Source of the DNA: Callorhinchus milii
Lineage: Eukaryota
DNA: 64,000 bases
Direction: 5' to 3'
Assembly (NCBI RefSeq): GCF_018977255.1
Contig: NW_024704762.1
Coordinates: forward strand, 9,300,001 to 9,364,000
Positions 1 to 16,500 of this stretch are shown here, piece by piece. The notes under the pieces are model-generated. The model saw only the letters and a program-made list of their open reading frames with translations. It did no database searches and had not been told where the DNA came from. Position numbers and translations under genes: made by a program. Numbering within the stretch: the first letter of the stretch is position 1; each line of letters begins with the position of its first letter.

Positions 1-36
1 CAGCAAGGAGGTGAAGGTCACCAAACGAACAGGTTA

Positions 37-1199
<1,163 letters not shown>

Positions 1200-1485
1200 T
1201 CAGGGGATATTTCTCCCCAAAATCTTCTGTCTGGTTGGAGACAAACAGTCCAAATATAGCACCTTTCCACACTTTGAAGGCTGTATTGGGAAGTCAGCAG
1301 GAACCTACATCAATCCACAATAACTTTCTTCCTTATAGTGTTCCTATATTTCCGGTCTACTTTCAGGTAGGTGACTGACTACCGGGATAATGTGGAAAAG
1401 GTCAAGCATTGGCTACAGATGATCAATTTGGTGTTATTGTAAATCTAGTGCTAATATAGGATCTCTGAGTCTAAATGCTCAGTTA

Positions 1486-1638
<153 letters not shown>

Positions 1639-1826
1639 CTACAATACAAGAAACACAAAAAAAATAAACTGATCAGAAAAGACTTGGTTGCAATCTGTGT
1701 ACAAGTCAGTCAGGCTTTGGCTCCTTGTTACCTTGGGCGGAAATTGGCGTCCTCCCTAGCCCTAGACGCACACCCTGGGCTTGAAGGCAAGTGAACAGCA
1801 ATCAGTGTATGTTAGGGCTTTAACTC

Positions 1827-2019
1827 CAGAGACCCCAAATCCTCATGGTCTTATCATCGAGACTTAATATTTAAGCCTTCAAGTCTTAAGATTTAAACAA
1901 ACAAAAAATAAATGGCCTCCAAATCATAATTGGATTCAAGAGTCTTCCAAAGATCTGCCTGGTCTTAAAATTAAGGTGGCAGCCTCAAGGTTAAGACCGT
2001 GAGAAATTTTGGGTCTCTG
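1827..2019. repeat. Imperfect inverted repeat / degenerate MITE-like element
   Basis: CAGAGACCCCAAATCCTCATGGTCTTATCATCGAG pairs with CTCAAGGTTAAGACCGTGAGAAATTTTGGGTCTCTG. Confidence 0.65.
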
Positions 2020-2766
2020 CATGTGTACTGGGCAATCAACTTCTGCCTTATTTTACACAAGACAAGAACAACCGACTTGATCTGAAACGCACATGTGCTG
2101 CGTCAGACCCCACACGCGTTTCTACCCGTCACTTGGAAATCTTGCCCTCCAAATTTCTCCCTCGCTTCGTCTCCTTTCTTTCCTCTCCACTGGGGTACAG
2201 TTCCACAAGAACCTGCTCCAGCACAGAGCAGAGATCAAAGTTGTGACCTTGCCAGCCTGCAGAGTTTACTGGATAAACATGTTGAGCCTTCTGTAGGGCA
2301 AACTGAGGTGTCGTGAGACTCGTGTTCAGTTTATCTTACAGGCTACCAATAGAGCTACCAACAGTTTTTCAGGGGAATCATCATAGCTACCTCCAAGGAA
2401 CTTAACTGATCAAAGTAGTAAGCATAGCCCCATTAAAATTAAACTAAATACACTGAAAAGAGCTAATGGCTTTGGAAGCAAGACTTTAGCTCTTGGGTCC
2501 TCTGAATTTTCAAGGTGCAATGCAACTTGAGGAAAGAACGAGAGAGATTAAGTGAGAGAGAAAATAAAGAAGACAAGAGCCCACAGTAAAAGAAACTTAT
2601 CTAATATTAATGGAAACACAGCCACAACTTCTGTAGGAGACTTAGAACTTTCAAAAAGGAGAACTTTACTTCTTCAAGCTTGGTCTGGGAAGTGGAGATA
2701 TGTTCAATCTATTACAAAGAAAATTAAGAATTGTAAAAAAATGTTACAGGACAAAACAATGCGTCA

Positions 2767-3162
<396 letters not shown>

Positions 3163-3885
3163 CTAACGACATAGAGAAGATGAGGAAATTAGCAAAACAA
3201 CCAGTCATTGTATTATCTGCACCAAACAGAGCAAGCCAGAGGTCAGTGAAAAAACACCTTCAATTTATTTAGAAGTTTTATATTCATATCTGCATTTCTA
3301 GCTTTAATTAATCTAGACATTCTGAATATTAGAAACAACTAAATGCACAGTAAATATATTCTGTCTAAACTATTAATGCTGCCGTGTTTCACCCACAAAA
3401 TATACAGTCAATTCACTTCACAGTATATTCTGTGAAGGGATTTGAGACGTCTCAAAGACATGATATATATCAAATGCAAGGATTATTATTATTATTGTAG
3501 CTTGGACTTAAATACTCCATTCCTCCTGCAAGTCCACTGGACTTTCAAGGATTCCACAGTACAATGAAGGAACTTTGCACGTAAGTTAGGTTTGCAGTCA
3601 AAATCTTTACTAGCGCATTACATCAGTGTCTAAAGGAATCAATCATACCCATTATTACATAATAAATAAATTGCGAAAACCTTTCAGGACATGCCTTGAA
3701 AGAATGAACAGAAACGAACAATAAGGTAACAAATTTTGTTACACAATTCATATCTGCATTTCAAACGTTAGTAACGTTCTTTTACGATTGCATGTAGAAT
3801 CCCTCAGCTGTAGCATTAGAAGAGTAGAAAGTATCGCCCTGGTTACCGTCCATGCACTTGGGGAGCATGTCTGCACAAAGACCTA

Positions 3886-4134
<249 letters not shown>

Positions 4135-4742
4135 TCAAGTCCGTTCATATCAAAGTGAGTGGAGTGGACAAGGTAGCAGTGACAATGTTTCAATGCATCT
4201 ATTGAGGAAATGGCAGAACGCCTCAGCTTGAAGGGCTTTGAGACGTCCTACCGATGTGAAAGGCACTATATAAATGTAAATTGGTTTTGTTGAACAGCCC
4301 TGGCTGAATCAGCCTCGAGCCGTAGCTGTTAAACCAAATTCATTTTCCCTAACCAACATGTCATTAGTAGCCCTTAAACAGATTCACTCTTACTCTTACT
4401 AAGAAAGGCTGACCTCTCAGAGAGAACACTGCAGCTCTTTGAAGGTTATAACCGGGTGTATTAAAACCGGGTGCACAAATGGCAGCATCCTTCAAGTATC
4501 CTTTAAGGGTCAGGGAACAATTTGTGTACCACATTATCGCTCTCTCTAGAACTTTCTCCCCTAAATCCACCCACCTCTCACCGTATCTTACTACGTTCAA
4601 AACTTACCTCAATGACCGTTTGTTACATCACCTCCTCCTACCCCCTCAAACTCCCCCACCCAATCCATCTTAGCAAAGAGCTTCAAGTTATCCTCCTACA
4701 TGAAAGGCTCTATACAAATGCAAGTTATTGTTGTCAGTCTCA

Positions 4743-4955
<213 letters not shown>

Positions 4956-4989
4956 TTAAATTATATAACCACTCAAGCACTTTTGGAAC

Positions 4990-5034
4990 AGAGAGAGAGT
5001 GTGAGAGAGAGAGAGAGAGAGAGAGTGTGTGTGA
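4990..5034. repeat. (GA)n/(GT)n microsatellite
   Basis: Directly visible. Confidence 0.9.
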
Positions 5035-5414
5035 GTAAAAGAGAGAATTTAGTAAAAACAATAAAATCAAATTGAATTCATTCCATTTTTTTGAGAAAGA
5101 AGGATAACTGGAGGACAGCACAAAGCAGTGGAATCTCAAGCTGTAGGTATCTCAAGAGGAACCAATGCTGGCTTGTGTCCAAGACCTGACAAACCATGAC
5201 GTACTGATCCCAGCTGAACTGATTGTGGGAGGTGCCAGGCATAGCCTGCCTAGAGAGAGGGAGGGAGGGAGGGCGGGAGGAAGGGATCAGACTCGACCAA
5301 GGCTGCCAATGTACAAGGATATGACGAGAACAGAGATTCAGGAAATGGACAATAAAAAGCAGGAGTGAGACGACAAGCATTCATACAGGAGACACCAACA
5401 CACCAAATCACTCA

Positions 5415-5534
<120 letters not shown>

Positions 5535-6309
5535 TCAAACCTTGCCACTATCGTTATTGTCTGTTGGACATTAAGTTTGAGAAAAGGAAAAGATGTTAAG
5601 GATATTTACTGAAGGGAAGTGAAGTGGGTGGGGGTGCAGAAGATAGATTTGAAAATTAAATACCCCTGTACTTAAAAATATTAACTTGTTGACAGTGAAG
5701 CAACTCTGCAAGTTCAGTGGGGAACAAAAAGTGCAGCACTGAGCCAGGCATGCCAGCAAGGCACCAGCATAGGATTGGCTCTTAGACTCGGTTTATCTTG
5801 AGCTGCAAAGACTTGTACCTCTTGTATCTGAGTGCCAAGATTACTTAGGGCCAGCCAAACACAAACAGTCAGGACAAAACTTTTACCACTCAGGAGACCA
5901 GAAATAGCTGCACCACTGAGGTGGCCTTTGTTTCCCCAATGCAAAAACATTTATGAATATTATGGCTTCACAAAACAGAAAGAATATGTATTTCATCACC
6001 CTTTTTTCCTTGCGATTAAAACTAACAGTTTAAAGCTAGAACAAAGGATTTTTGTTCAGGAGAATAAATGACCTTGATTTCATTTCACAATACTGCAATT
6101 GTATAAAATTGATATACACATCAAGTGTTAGGATAGCTTAATCACTTATGTGATTTTAAGTAATTCTTACAAGCAGCTCAGCTTGGTGAAGAAGGAAATG
6201 AGAGAAAGATATGGGTGAGATTACTGAACGAAACTATTCAATGTGAAGCAGCTGTCAGCAAATTTAATCAAAGAACATATTGAGGGTCTTCACTTATAGA
6301 TCCACAAAG

Positions 6310-6450
6310 AGCTGGGCAAATATTTGTTAGCTAGGGGTAACAAGGGATATGGGGCAAGGAAGGGAAATTGGAGTTGAGGTACAGATCAGCCATGATCTTA
6401 TAGAATGGAGGAACAGGCTTGAGGAGTTGAATGGCCTTCCCCTGTTCCGA
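6310..6450 (+). mobile_element. CR1-type LINE 3' end fragment
   Basis: GGGATATGGGGCAAGG...GGTACAGATCAGCCATGATCTTATAGAATGG...GAATGGCCT; related inverted copies at about 55535-55650 and 42180-42300. Confidence 0.7.
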
Positions 6451-7129
6451 TGTACCAAAGGTGATTTAATCTTGCAAGGACCTTTATTGGATAAGGCCAC
6501 ATCTGGAAAACAAGTGTGTGATTCTGGTGATTGTGCCTTTGAATGGCGGTTAATGCACTGGGAGTGCAGGAATGATTCTGAGTTAAAGAGACAGCCTCAC
6601 AGAAAATATGAACGTCAGAAAAAATTTGATCAAGAGGAGACACGGTCTATGACTTTGGTAATGACAGATCATGAATAATGAATAATGTGAGCAGGGTATA
6701 GCACAAGACAAGCACAAAGTTAACAAGACAGAGGCAATCTAAGAAACAAATAAAACTAATCATCTCTCCCTAGAATATTACAGGGATGTGGAAGAGTCTC
6801 CCAAATAAATATAATTAATGAAAAGTGTTCAAAAAAAACTCCATGAATAGCCTCAAACTGGACTGAAGGTCACAATGACAGATCTAAATGATCAAATTCC
6901 CAACAGAATGCTATGGATTACAATGCAGCTATACCATGGATAAGCAATCTATGAACTGCAACAAATTGGACTTGTATAGTACAGGGTATGCGGCTTGAGT
7001 CACATGGTTTGGGAAGGAGGAAAGAAAGATGAGGTATATATTTACTCTCAAGGGTTTTCATCTGTGGCCGACCTTCATGTTTATCTTTACCCTCAGAGAA
7101 CACATTACAACCAAGCCTGTGATTGAGCA

Positions 7130-7332
7130 AACTGAGGAGCTGGGCATAACAATCCTTCAGCCACTCAAGTCCCACCTCAAGCCCCTTCTCTTCGACCATG
7201 CTATCGGCCAGCGCCCCACCCCTCCCTACCCAACCCCAGCTCAGGTCTGAAATGCTGTACTCTCTCCAGCACCTTGGGACGTCCTCCCGACATGAAAGGC
7301 GCTATACAAATGTAATCATGTTGTTGTTGACG
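7130..7332 (+). mobile_element. L2-type LINE/SINE 3' fragment
   Basis: TCAAGTCCCACCTCAAG...CTCTTCGACCATGC...CCTTGGGACGTCCTCCCGACATGAAAGGCGCTATACAAATG-(TTG)n; related pieces near 22150-22310, 46770-46845, 56760-56970 and 57535-57620. Confidence 0.7.
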
Positions 7333-7577
7333 TTGCTGTATTCTCTCATCATCAGGAACAATTCTGTACACATTCTTACCCTGACTGCTACTCATGAACT
7401 TCTCTCGACATTGGAATTACCTGGGGGGGGGGGGGGGGGGAGAGAGAGATGAAAAGAGAGAGAGGGAGAGAAAGGCAGGATCTCAGAGTGATAACATGAC
7501 GCACAGATCCGCATTCACTAGTTCCAGTGTGATTCTGCCGCACTGTTAATAAAACCAACAGAAAATATTCCTGGTAC

Positions 7578-7720
7578 CTGCACGCATGCAGAGGAAGGTC
7601 CTTGGTGTAGTATGTATCTTCCTCATCCTCTTCGAAGTTCAATTCCGCTAACAATTGGCTCGCTTTAGCCACTGCATCATCCACTGCTCCGTTCTGCAGG
7701 ACACCTTCGGGTCCATTTAC
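7578..7720 (-). CDS. UPF1: UPF1 exon 2
   Basis: [47 protein letters not shown]; acceptor ATGCAG|, donor AG|GTACCA. Confidence 0.96.
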
Positions 7721-8070
7721 CTGCATCAATGAATGAGGCACAGGGTCAGTGTACAGAATGTAATAGTGCCTTTACCCGGCACATTATAGAAATAATTATT
7801 AAATCATAGAATCTTTACATTGAAGGATTCGTCCCAGATTAGCTGCAGAAACCAACCCACGAAACCCTTGCTTTTTTGGGTACCTGCACTTTCGACATAT
7901 GGAAAGACATTATTGATTAGCATCTAAACCTTCAAGTTAATCTGGATAAAGATTAGCAGTTGTTGGGAAAAAGGCATACTAAACTACGCGCTGGTGGATA
8001 CATTTACTGTACGCTTATTTAAAATAAGCACACAAGCTGGGCTTGAGTCAAGCCACAATTCACCAAATTC

Positions 8071-8465
8071 AATAATACAGTAATAATCCCTGCATTTGAT
8101 ATAGCGCCTTATCACATCTTGGAGACATGTCAAAGCGCTTCACAGAATATACTGTAAAGTAAATGGACTGCGTATTTAGTGGGTGAAATCCGGCGGCCAA
8201 CGGCGCACAGTAGTGTCCCACAAACAGCCGTGGATTGAGTGACCATAACATTATTATTTTAATTCATTGATTTATTATTGGAAGGGATTATTATCCCTCA
8301 AAAAGCGATCAGCCAAACGATTAACAACCGGGTTCCTATTTACTGCTAGGTAAACAGAGGCTTGTGGAGTACGGAAACATACCCAATTTTTCATCCTGCC
8401 TGGGAATCAAATCAAGGTCCTCTCGCTTGCGAGGCGAGTGGTCTAACCAGTAAGCTACAGGACTC
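8071..8465 (-). mobile_element. Near full-length tRNA-derived SINE (dominant young family)
   Basis: tRNA-like head with A/B-box-like motifs (GTCCTGTAGCTTACTGGTTAGACCACTCGCCTCGCAAGCGAGAGGACC...GATTCCC), central GTTTACCTAGCAGTAAATAGGAACCCGG block, L2-like 3' tail ending in (TTA)n; many related copies in the window. Confidence 0.88.
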
Positions 8466-11400
8466 TGTAATGCACTGTTATAGCACCAGCTCGGGGTTTA
8501 AATCTCTTCCAGCGTGATTCTGTTACTAAAGCGATATCGTGACAACTCATTCACTTGCTATTACAAATACCAGATTGGGTACACACTATCTACCAAACTC
8601 TTCGACGCACTGGCGCATCCCGGGGCCAGTAAATGTAGGGCAATTCATACCAATTTTCCAATAATTATTTTTACAGAGAATTAAAAAAAAATGACAGCTC
8701 CTGAAAGATACAAGGATTTAAAACTGCTGCCAGCTCTCTCATCGTTACAATATTCACATTCTAATATTACAATTAAACCTTGCACTTGATGTAGTACGTA
8801 TAGATTCTCACTTTCTGATGCCTTTGAAATATCTCAAAGTGCTTTACGACTCAGATTCGGAGCGCTCCACGACTCAGTAAATTGAAATGCTCTGTGTAGC
8901 CCATCAGGCTGGAATCAGGTCCATCGGAGGAGTCAAAGCTCTCTCTCACTCACTCACACACACACATTTTCAACTCAGTAAAATCAGTTGAGATTTATCA
9001 GTAAAAGTCGGTCAAATATATGTGCAAAAGCCTTACGATACAGCGACAACAGGATCACGTTTCACAGGAAAGATTTCAACAAAGGATGCACATTTTCAAC
9101 TTTATTTCAAAAAATACAATTGTGCCGCTTTTAAAACTGCACCCTCAGTCACTTTCATCCACCAGCTAGAGTGCCTGGAATGACAAAAAAAATCTGAGAC
9201 AGGACATCAATCTACAGGTGGGCAGGACACACAACCACAGTAGATACTACACACACCAAAAGCAGGCAGACCGGAAGAACCCTATGCTGCCTTTTCATTT
9301 TCTCAGGCGTCTTCTCAGAAACTATACACCTCCCTCGTATCACTGAATAAAACGCGGCAAGTATTATCATTACACGTCTGATCACAGGAAATTGCAGGTC
9401 TCTACGCCACAAAAGAAAAAGGAAGCAATTAAGAAATAATATTTTTTTAAAAACTAGCAGAAGTACACAGCGAGCTGCACTCTCCTCCCACAGTTTTAGA
9501 TCAACTGAAACGTCTCTTACGTCAGTCACACATTGTGGTTAACACGTTATACAGAGGATACTGTGCAACGATCACGATGCTATAAGGTTAATAATTCTAT
9601 CATCTTCAGAAATGAACATATACCTCTATTTCCACAAAAGATGTGGAGGGGGGGGGAAGTGATTGGACATTTTCAGTCCTTGCACAGCTGGTTTGGGACA
9701 TCCTGCTCAAACCACGGAGAGATGTAGAAATAAGACTTGCGCTAAACCCTCCACTGGAGACAAGTTTGCCACTGACACTGCAACCATAACACTAATTGAA
9801 TACACGGGCTGGCTGTGCAAGGGAGTCCCCATAACTATGGTTACAGTAATAGACCTTCAGACGTATATGGTAGCACTGAGATAAGGATTAACTGCCCTGT
9901 CCCACCTCCCACAAACATTGTGTAGGCACATAAAATTGGCTGCATAGGTGGAGCCCTCACGGGTGACTAGCATCTGTGGAGGTAACAGTAGCCAAGAGTC
10001 CACTGCATTCAGGGTAGGAAAAGCTAATCTAGCCATGGATTAGTGGCATTAACTCCCTTATCCTGAGTGGTTAAAATTTCCAACATCTGTCTACAAGCAC
10101 GACTCTACAACTAGCAATGAGCTAGCCTCCTGTATTCACTATAGCAATTCTTATACAAGTTGCCAACAACGGCCATTCCTGAAGTGGGGCTACCTTCAAC
10201 AGTGAAGCATGAATACGCATTTCACACTTAATCCCTACATCTCCTGCAATACAGAAGTGCGGCACACCCAAAATGTAATGATCGCAGGTCATTCCAATGA
10301 ATCAGAAATCTTATGACTCTGGAGAGATAATTGTAGCCTGAAGTAGCTCTTCGAATAATAACTAAAACAGCACACGGCGTGGCCAGTATTCAGCAATTAA
10401 AAAGCGCTAAGCTTTTACTTTTAGCCACTGATTCAAGTGCGGAAATGATGCTCAGAACTTCAGCACAGCTCAACAGTTGCGCTTTAAAACCAAACTCAGT
10501 TAGATGAATGACTGCTCATTCAGTCATACATCTAACTTTCCTCTCAATATACTAGCAGTGGATCAATGGACATATTTTAGAACAGAAATACAGCAACCGT
10601 CCCCCACCCCGCCCCACCCCTTAACCCACTGTCATTGCCAGCAGCTTTCAAAACCCCACCCATCATGTGTCACTTGTCTGATCAGACAGTCTGTTCCTTC
10701 GTGTAACAACATCAACTTGCACTTACATAACGCCCTCCACGCAGGGTAGCGTGTCAGAGTGTGTGAAGACCCACCCAAAAATTGTAAACAACATACCCAA
10801 CTTAGCATTCCAAACAACTGCAGCCTTATGTGGCCGGACCTGGCTATACAACGTCCAAGTTTCACTATCAGTTCGGAGCCTAACTGAGGAGACACTTTTG
10901 TTTTCCCAATTAACAGTAGAACAAAATAAATACCACACAGGTGCACACTTTTCCAAGTCGGTGTTGCTTATGACGGGCAATTGCTAACTAAACGTTCAGA
11001 AGATCACACGGTAGCAACCTTTGGATTTTTACGCTCCAGCACGCAAGACAGACAGGCTACACTACGTTCCTACATAACCAGGCAGACGTTTGCTTGTAAC
11101 ACGACACCACAAACTCCCTCTGAGACCAGGATGCAGTTAATCCTGTAGCTAGTGTACTGTAAGGAACAGATCTAACTGATTTACCCATCTGTAGCGTTTC
11201 GTGGAATTGGACAACAGGATTTCAGCTTGCCCCTCGTGCAACATTCACTCACTCCTCTACTCCATCGGAGGCCGAGTTCTCATTCCAATGCTCTTGTTCT
11301 CCGGGACTCTTTCCGAATCCACTTCACCTTGCTTTGAACAATTCTAAACTCCTCCCATTTGTTCACATTATCCACATTCCTATGTTTGCTGAGGGATTCT

Positions 11401-13217
11401 TTTACTCAGATGGTGCAAGAAAAAACACTTTCTAGCTGGAAGTTGCATGTTTGCGGACATTAGATGAGGGCATGATAGGGAATTAATTGTGTCCCCTCCA
11501 CCTCCAGGTGAATAAACCAGCTAGATTGTATATAAATAATGCTTACTTGGATGAGATACACAAAACAGTAACAGCATCCATAGCGTCCACACGAGTGGAA
11601 GGAAAGGAGGAAAAAGACATGAAACATCTACTCGAAGAAGTGAGAAGGGAAGAAATTAACACCAGAACATGTTACCACATAAAAGTCGTAAAGCTTTAAA
11701 AGTCATCTTTCTCAGAGGAAGTAAGGGCCATTTGTAAGAGATGGTTTATTAAGTTACCCAGTAAGCTTGCGTTATAGATGAAAGCATATACCACAGGCAT
11801 GCTCACAGGTCTCTGTGACACGCATATCAAGTTTCAAGTTAATGACCATGTTTTCTGCGAGCTCCAAAAAGCTGCGAGCATTGGCGACATTATTTGAACT
11901 CATCTGACATGAGGAAGTGCGAGAAGATGCAAACTTCCAAAACAAATCACTTTATATTATATACACTAGTTACAAAATTATATAATATATTATGCAGTCA
12001 GAACATCAATTGTTAATAGCCCAAAACAGACTCTTAAAACCAATTGCAAAAGATGACACTTATGCAACAGTTCCATGTAGTCAAGAATAGCCAATCCACA
12101 AAAACAGGCTATCTTCATAGCTGAAACTGAAAAACCTTACTCTCTCTTCCTCAAATTGGAAATTGCAAAACAAAACTCATCCTCTCCTCCATCTCCCCCA
12201 TATCAACACCTGGTTCTTTATACTTCAGGCTTCGCCGAGCAAAACTAACTTTGTTCAAAGCTGAACTAAGTCGATGCAGGTGTCAAAAGGGCAAAAATTA
12301 CCATTTCATTCACCAAGAACAAGCCTTCTATATCATGGAGACTCCAACTAAAATACAGCAAGTCAACAATGAATGAGCACCACGAATGTCACTTTGTGAA
12401 ACTCATTAATGTGCGTTTCCACTTGTTGAAAGTCATTTTAGTGAGAAAGGATGCATTAACGTGAGTGCAAGACCGATAAATTGATGCATATGCAACAGCA
12501 AGAACACAGTTGTGTCCACTTAATTCCTGTTTCTTTAAAGGTAAGACATATTACATCACCTCAGCTGGCTACACAGAGCAACCATCAACCCTAAGGAGTT
12601 GTGAAGAAGCTAAAGGATTATTAAAGCGTCTGACTGAAGGCTGTGTCAAAGAATACTTCTGACGTTGGAAGAGTGTAGTACTTGACATGTCACAATTTCC
12701 GACACTGACATTATCAGGCATATATAGTAGCTAGAAAAGACGATCCACCATAAAGAAACACAGGATAGTTTTCTGGTTGCTGTTATCCAAAGAGCTTGTG
12801 TTGTAGCATGGCTGCAATTGGAAAGTTCTGCAGAAAACTTCAAACCTTCCCACAATATCAAGTGATATTGTTCCAAACTGAATATCAACATCTGCCATTG
12901 CCAATCGTATCACTGGAATACATCTCACCACCACCACTTTTTCTGCCAAGGTGAAATGAGAGTGAAAGGTTCTAGTCATTGTCTTTATGTGGGCAGTGGC
13001 ATACAGTACAGGTATTTCCATTACATCCCATTGCACCAATCTTCTCCAGCAACTTTGTTCAGCTGCTGCCTTCACGCTGCTCTGCAAAGCAAACGTGCAA
13101 TGGATCCTCCAACAATAACCAGATGGCTCTGCGGCACATCTTTAAAATGACCAGGAAGCTGGAGTCAGCATCAGAGCATGATGCGATTCAAGCCAACAAA
13201 TTGCCCACAGAACTAAA

Positions 13218-13567
13218 TATTAGTAATCCTTGCATTTTATATAGTGCCTTTGCCAAGTATACGAGACGTCTCAAAGCGCTTTACAGAATATACGGTAAAG
13301 TGAATCGACTATATATTTTCTGGGTGGAACGGGGCAACCAATTGCACAGAGCAGTGTCCTTCCTACAAACAGTTGTGGATTGAGTGACCAAATTATTATT
13401 TTTTTAAAAAGGGATTATTATCCCCGAGAAAAACAGTCTGCCAATCGACTAACAACTGTGTTCCTATTTACTGCTAGGTAAACAGAGGCGTGTGGAGTAA
13501 GGAAACTTGCCCAGTGTTCTGCCTTACCAAGAATAGAACCCAGCTCTAACCACTAAGGTACAAGACC
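13218..13567 (-). mobile_element. SINE copy, same family (head partly deleted)
   Basis: Colinear with 8071-8465. Confidence 0.85.
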
Positions 13568-16500
13568 CCGTATAGCAAATTGCCCAAACAGTAAATTACC
13601 GATCCAAACCACTTTATGTCATTGGAAGGAAACAGGAAGTGGAAATTGGATACTGTTTGCATAAGAATCAAAAATCACAGGCAACTTGAGCACCTCCTGA
13701 TACACGGGAACATTGACAAAGGTCTAAAAGCAGATCCAACAGCTCACCACAAAGCTGGTCTAAGCAGCCATCACTTTGTGGCACAGTTTTGTCAGCCAGT
13801 CTTTAGTAACACTGCCTTCTTTTGTACAGATTGTCTGTCTCTAAGATAGGTTTCCATGTATCTCAAATCAAGATGAGCACATGGGATTACTTTTCCGGTA
13901 GCAGAAGTTATATAGGGTGAAGTAATTTACAATGGTTGGTCTTCTGCATTAACACATCAGCTCCAATAAAGAGAGGGCAATTCATGGCCAATAATAAACT
14001 CCGTTCAGTTTCTCTACCATTAGGACTGATCGAATAACAACCAAGCCAAACTGTTTCAACTAAATTAGTTTGTTTCAAGCCAAGCCATTCACTCTATAAT
14101 GTTCGATCAAATTTACTGCATCTCTAGTATAATGTGAAAAATGTCTACGGCTCCAGGCCAAATTCCAAAAATCAATGCAAGTCTTCAATTTCTAATAAAC
14201 CTATAAATCTAATGCTATTTTACCAGGTTTGAAAGATAAAATAAATGTGCTTAAGCACACGTTCAGAACAAAATCGGAGATAGGCAAAAAAGAGCTGTTA
14301 AATATTATTTTATCATATTTTTCGATAGACCCTCCTCCATACATGATTACCAAGCAACTTTAGCCTGACCTTAAAGCAGAGTAAAGTTTGACAAAAGTTT
14401 TCCCTCTGAGCTCTCCCAGTCCTTCAATAAACTAAGGATTTAACCTGTCAAAATGAATGTGGGTCTTAGACCTTATAAAATGCTATTGTGCTGGTGTTTA
14501 TATAGCAGTAGAACACAAGTTCAGTCACAAACAGACAGTAAAGTGAGGTGGGGACACACTACGGATAGCCCACCTGCCAGCAGGGTACGAAATAGAACAG
14601 ACAGGTCTGTCTTCAGTGCCTAGAATTGGTAAAGCTCTCCACTCAGCTGGGAGGGATGCTGTGTAAATGTGGGAAAACAAAGACAACTTAGTATCAAAGA
14701 TCTAATTGGTGCCAAAAAAAAGTAGAAGGCACTAATCTAATTAAATTTAGATGAGGTCATAAACTGCAATAGTGTTGTTGGATTATTTTGAACATATTGT
14801 ATGTGAGGGAGTAGCTTTTGTGCTGGCAGAAATTGTCAAAGTGGGTTCCATGTCCTTGATACACAATGAGAGGATGAGTGGGGCATTCCTCTGAGTTTAA
14901 TCAATAAATAATCTACAATGGATTCTCAAAATACTATGCACCAAGATGTTACAATTGTTTTACCAAGGTCATGGGGTAAAGTTGCAGTTCAGCTTGAAAA
15001 GCAACAGAGTATGACATGTTGCATCCTACAGACCATGTTGGCCATATCTATACTGTGCCACCTGGGAGGGCTGCAACACAGGTTTGAAAGTTATGAGGGG
15101 GAAAAAAATGGCATTAATTATCAAATACAAACACAACCATCACGTTTCATCCAGATATTAAAGTACAGGTACCTGTTAAGACTCAACTTATTCACCAAAG
15201 AGACTTTTAATCGCACCTTAGTTTAATTTCAACATTTCTCATACAATGTTTAACTCTTAGAAAAGCTCCAAATAGCACACCAAATCATCACCCAAATAAT
15301 ATATAGTCAATTCATTTTACAGTATATTCCGTGCCGCGCTTTGAGGCATCTCAATGACGTGATAAGGCGCTAGATCAAATGCAAGGATTATTATAAATAT
15401 ACAAGTGGAAGCTATTAGCTAATTCTTCATCTCTCTAAATGGCCAAAGCAGTTGTAAGCTGTTACATTACCCACTACAGTATATGCATTTTAAAATCATA
15501 TTCCCATTCAAAATTTTATTAACAGGTAGAGAATTTTAGTTTTGGCACAAGGACAATACCGTATTCTTATAGTAGAATCTATGCTATAGTAGAAGCTATG
15601 CTTTCTCTGATGTAATATATTCTATACTGGAGATAGTTATATGGAACAAGAAGTGTAAGCATATAAAGTAGAATTATTTAAGAGTATACTCTGAATCGAT
15701 TTCCTGACTGTCAACTCCAAAAATAAAACCACTTATGTATAATTTTACAGTACCTGTTCTATGCTACACAATTGTTTCTCCTGTCACTCTATCTCTACGG
15801 TCATCAAGTGGAAAAACAAAACATTTCTGTAGTTAAAAGAGATTTTACACACCGGGCCAATATTTCCCATCAAATGTAATGCAAGGAATACATCATGGAT
15901 GGCTTGCAAATGAATCACATCATGAACACCCAGCTACAATGACCTAAATTTTGTTTGTACCATTTGACTTTTATACATCACCAGTTGCCTCAGGTACTCA
16001 AATGGTCTGGACCAAATCACTCTCCCATGCTGATCTTCAGAGCAGCACAGCATGATCCCAAATGCCCCAAACTTAGATTGGCAGGATTGTAATCCTGTAC
16101 TTTCACAAGAATTAAACCCAAAACACTGCCCCGATTGCAAGAGCAGAAATGTCCCCATCACTAAAGTATAAAGCTGATCTGATGGTCCAAATAAATGCTT
16201 GATATGCTATATAGGAAGTTCCTTTTTTTAAAAAACGCATTCAGAAGGGCTCCATCGAAGAAAAGCCCTTCTCATCTTTCTAGAATGTGAATCCAACTAT
16301 TTCAACACCATCAAGTTCTTTCTTAAACGAGCCCTGTGTCCTCGCCTCAATACCATTGCTGATAAACCTTGGATCACCGCTGAAAGAGTAAAAGCTCTAT
16401 ACACCAGCAGCGTGACTTATATTGCCTTAAATTAAGAACAAACATCTCAGAGAACTTTACAGAGACTATGGGGATTACCAGGCAAGGAGAATGGGGGAAT

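Noticed and set aside
4371-4509. CCCTTAAA...TTTAAGGG possible piggyBac-like termini
   Set aside because: Only 8 bp of inverted match and no TTAA target-site duplication.
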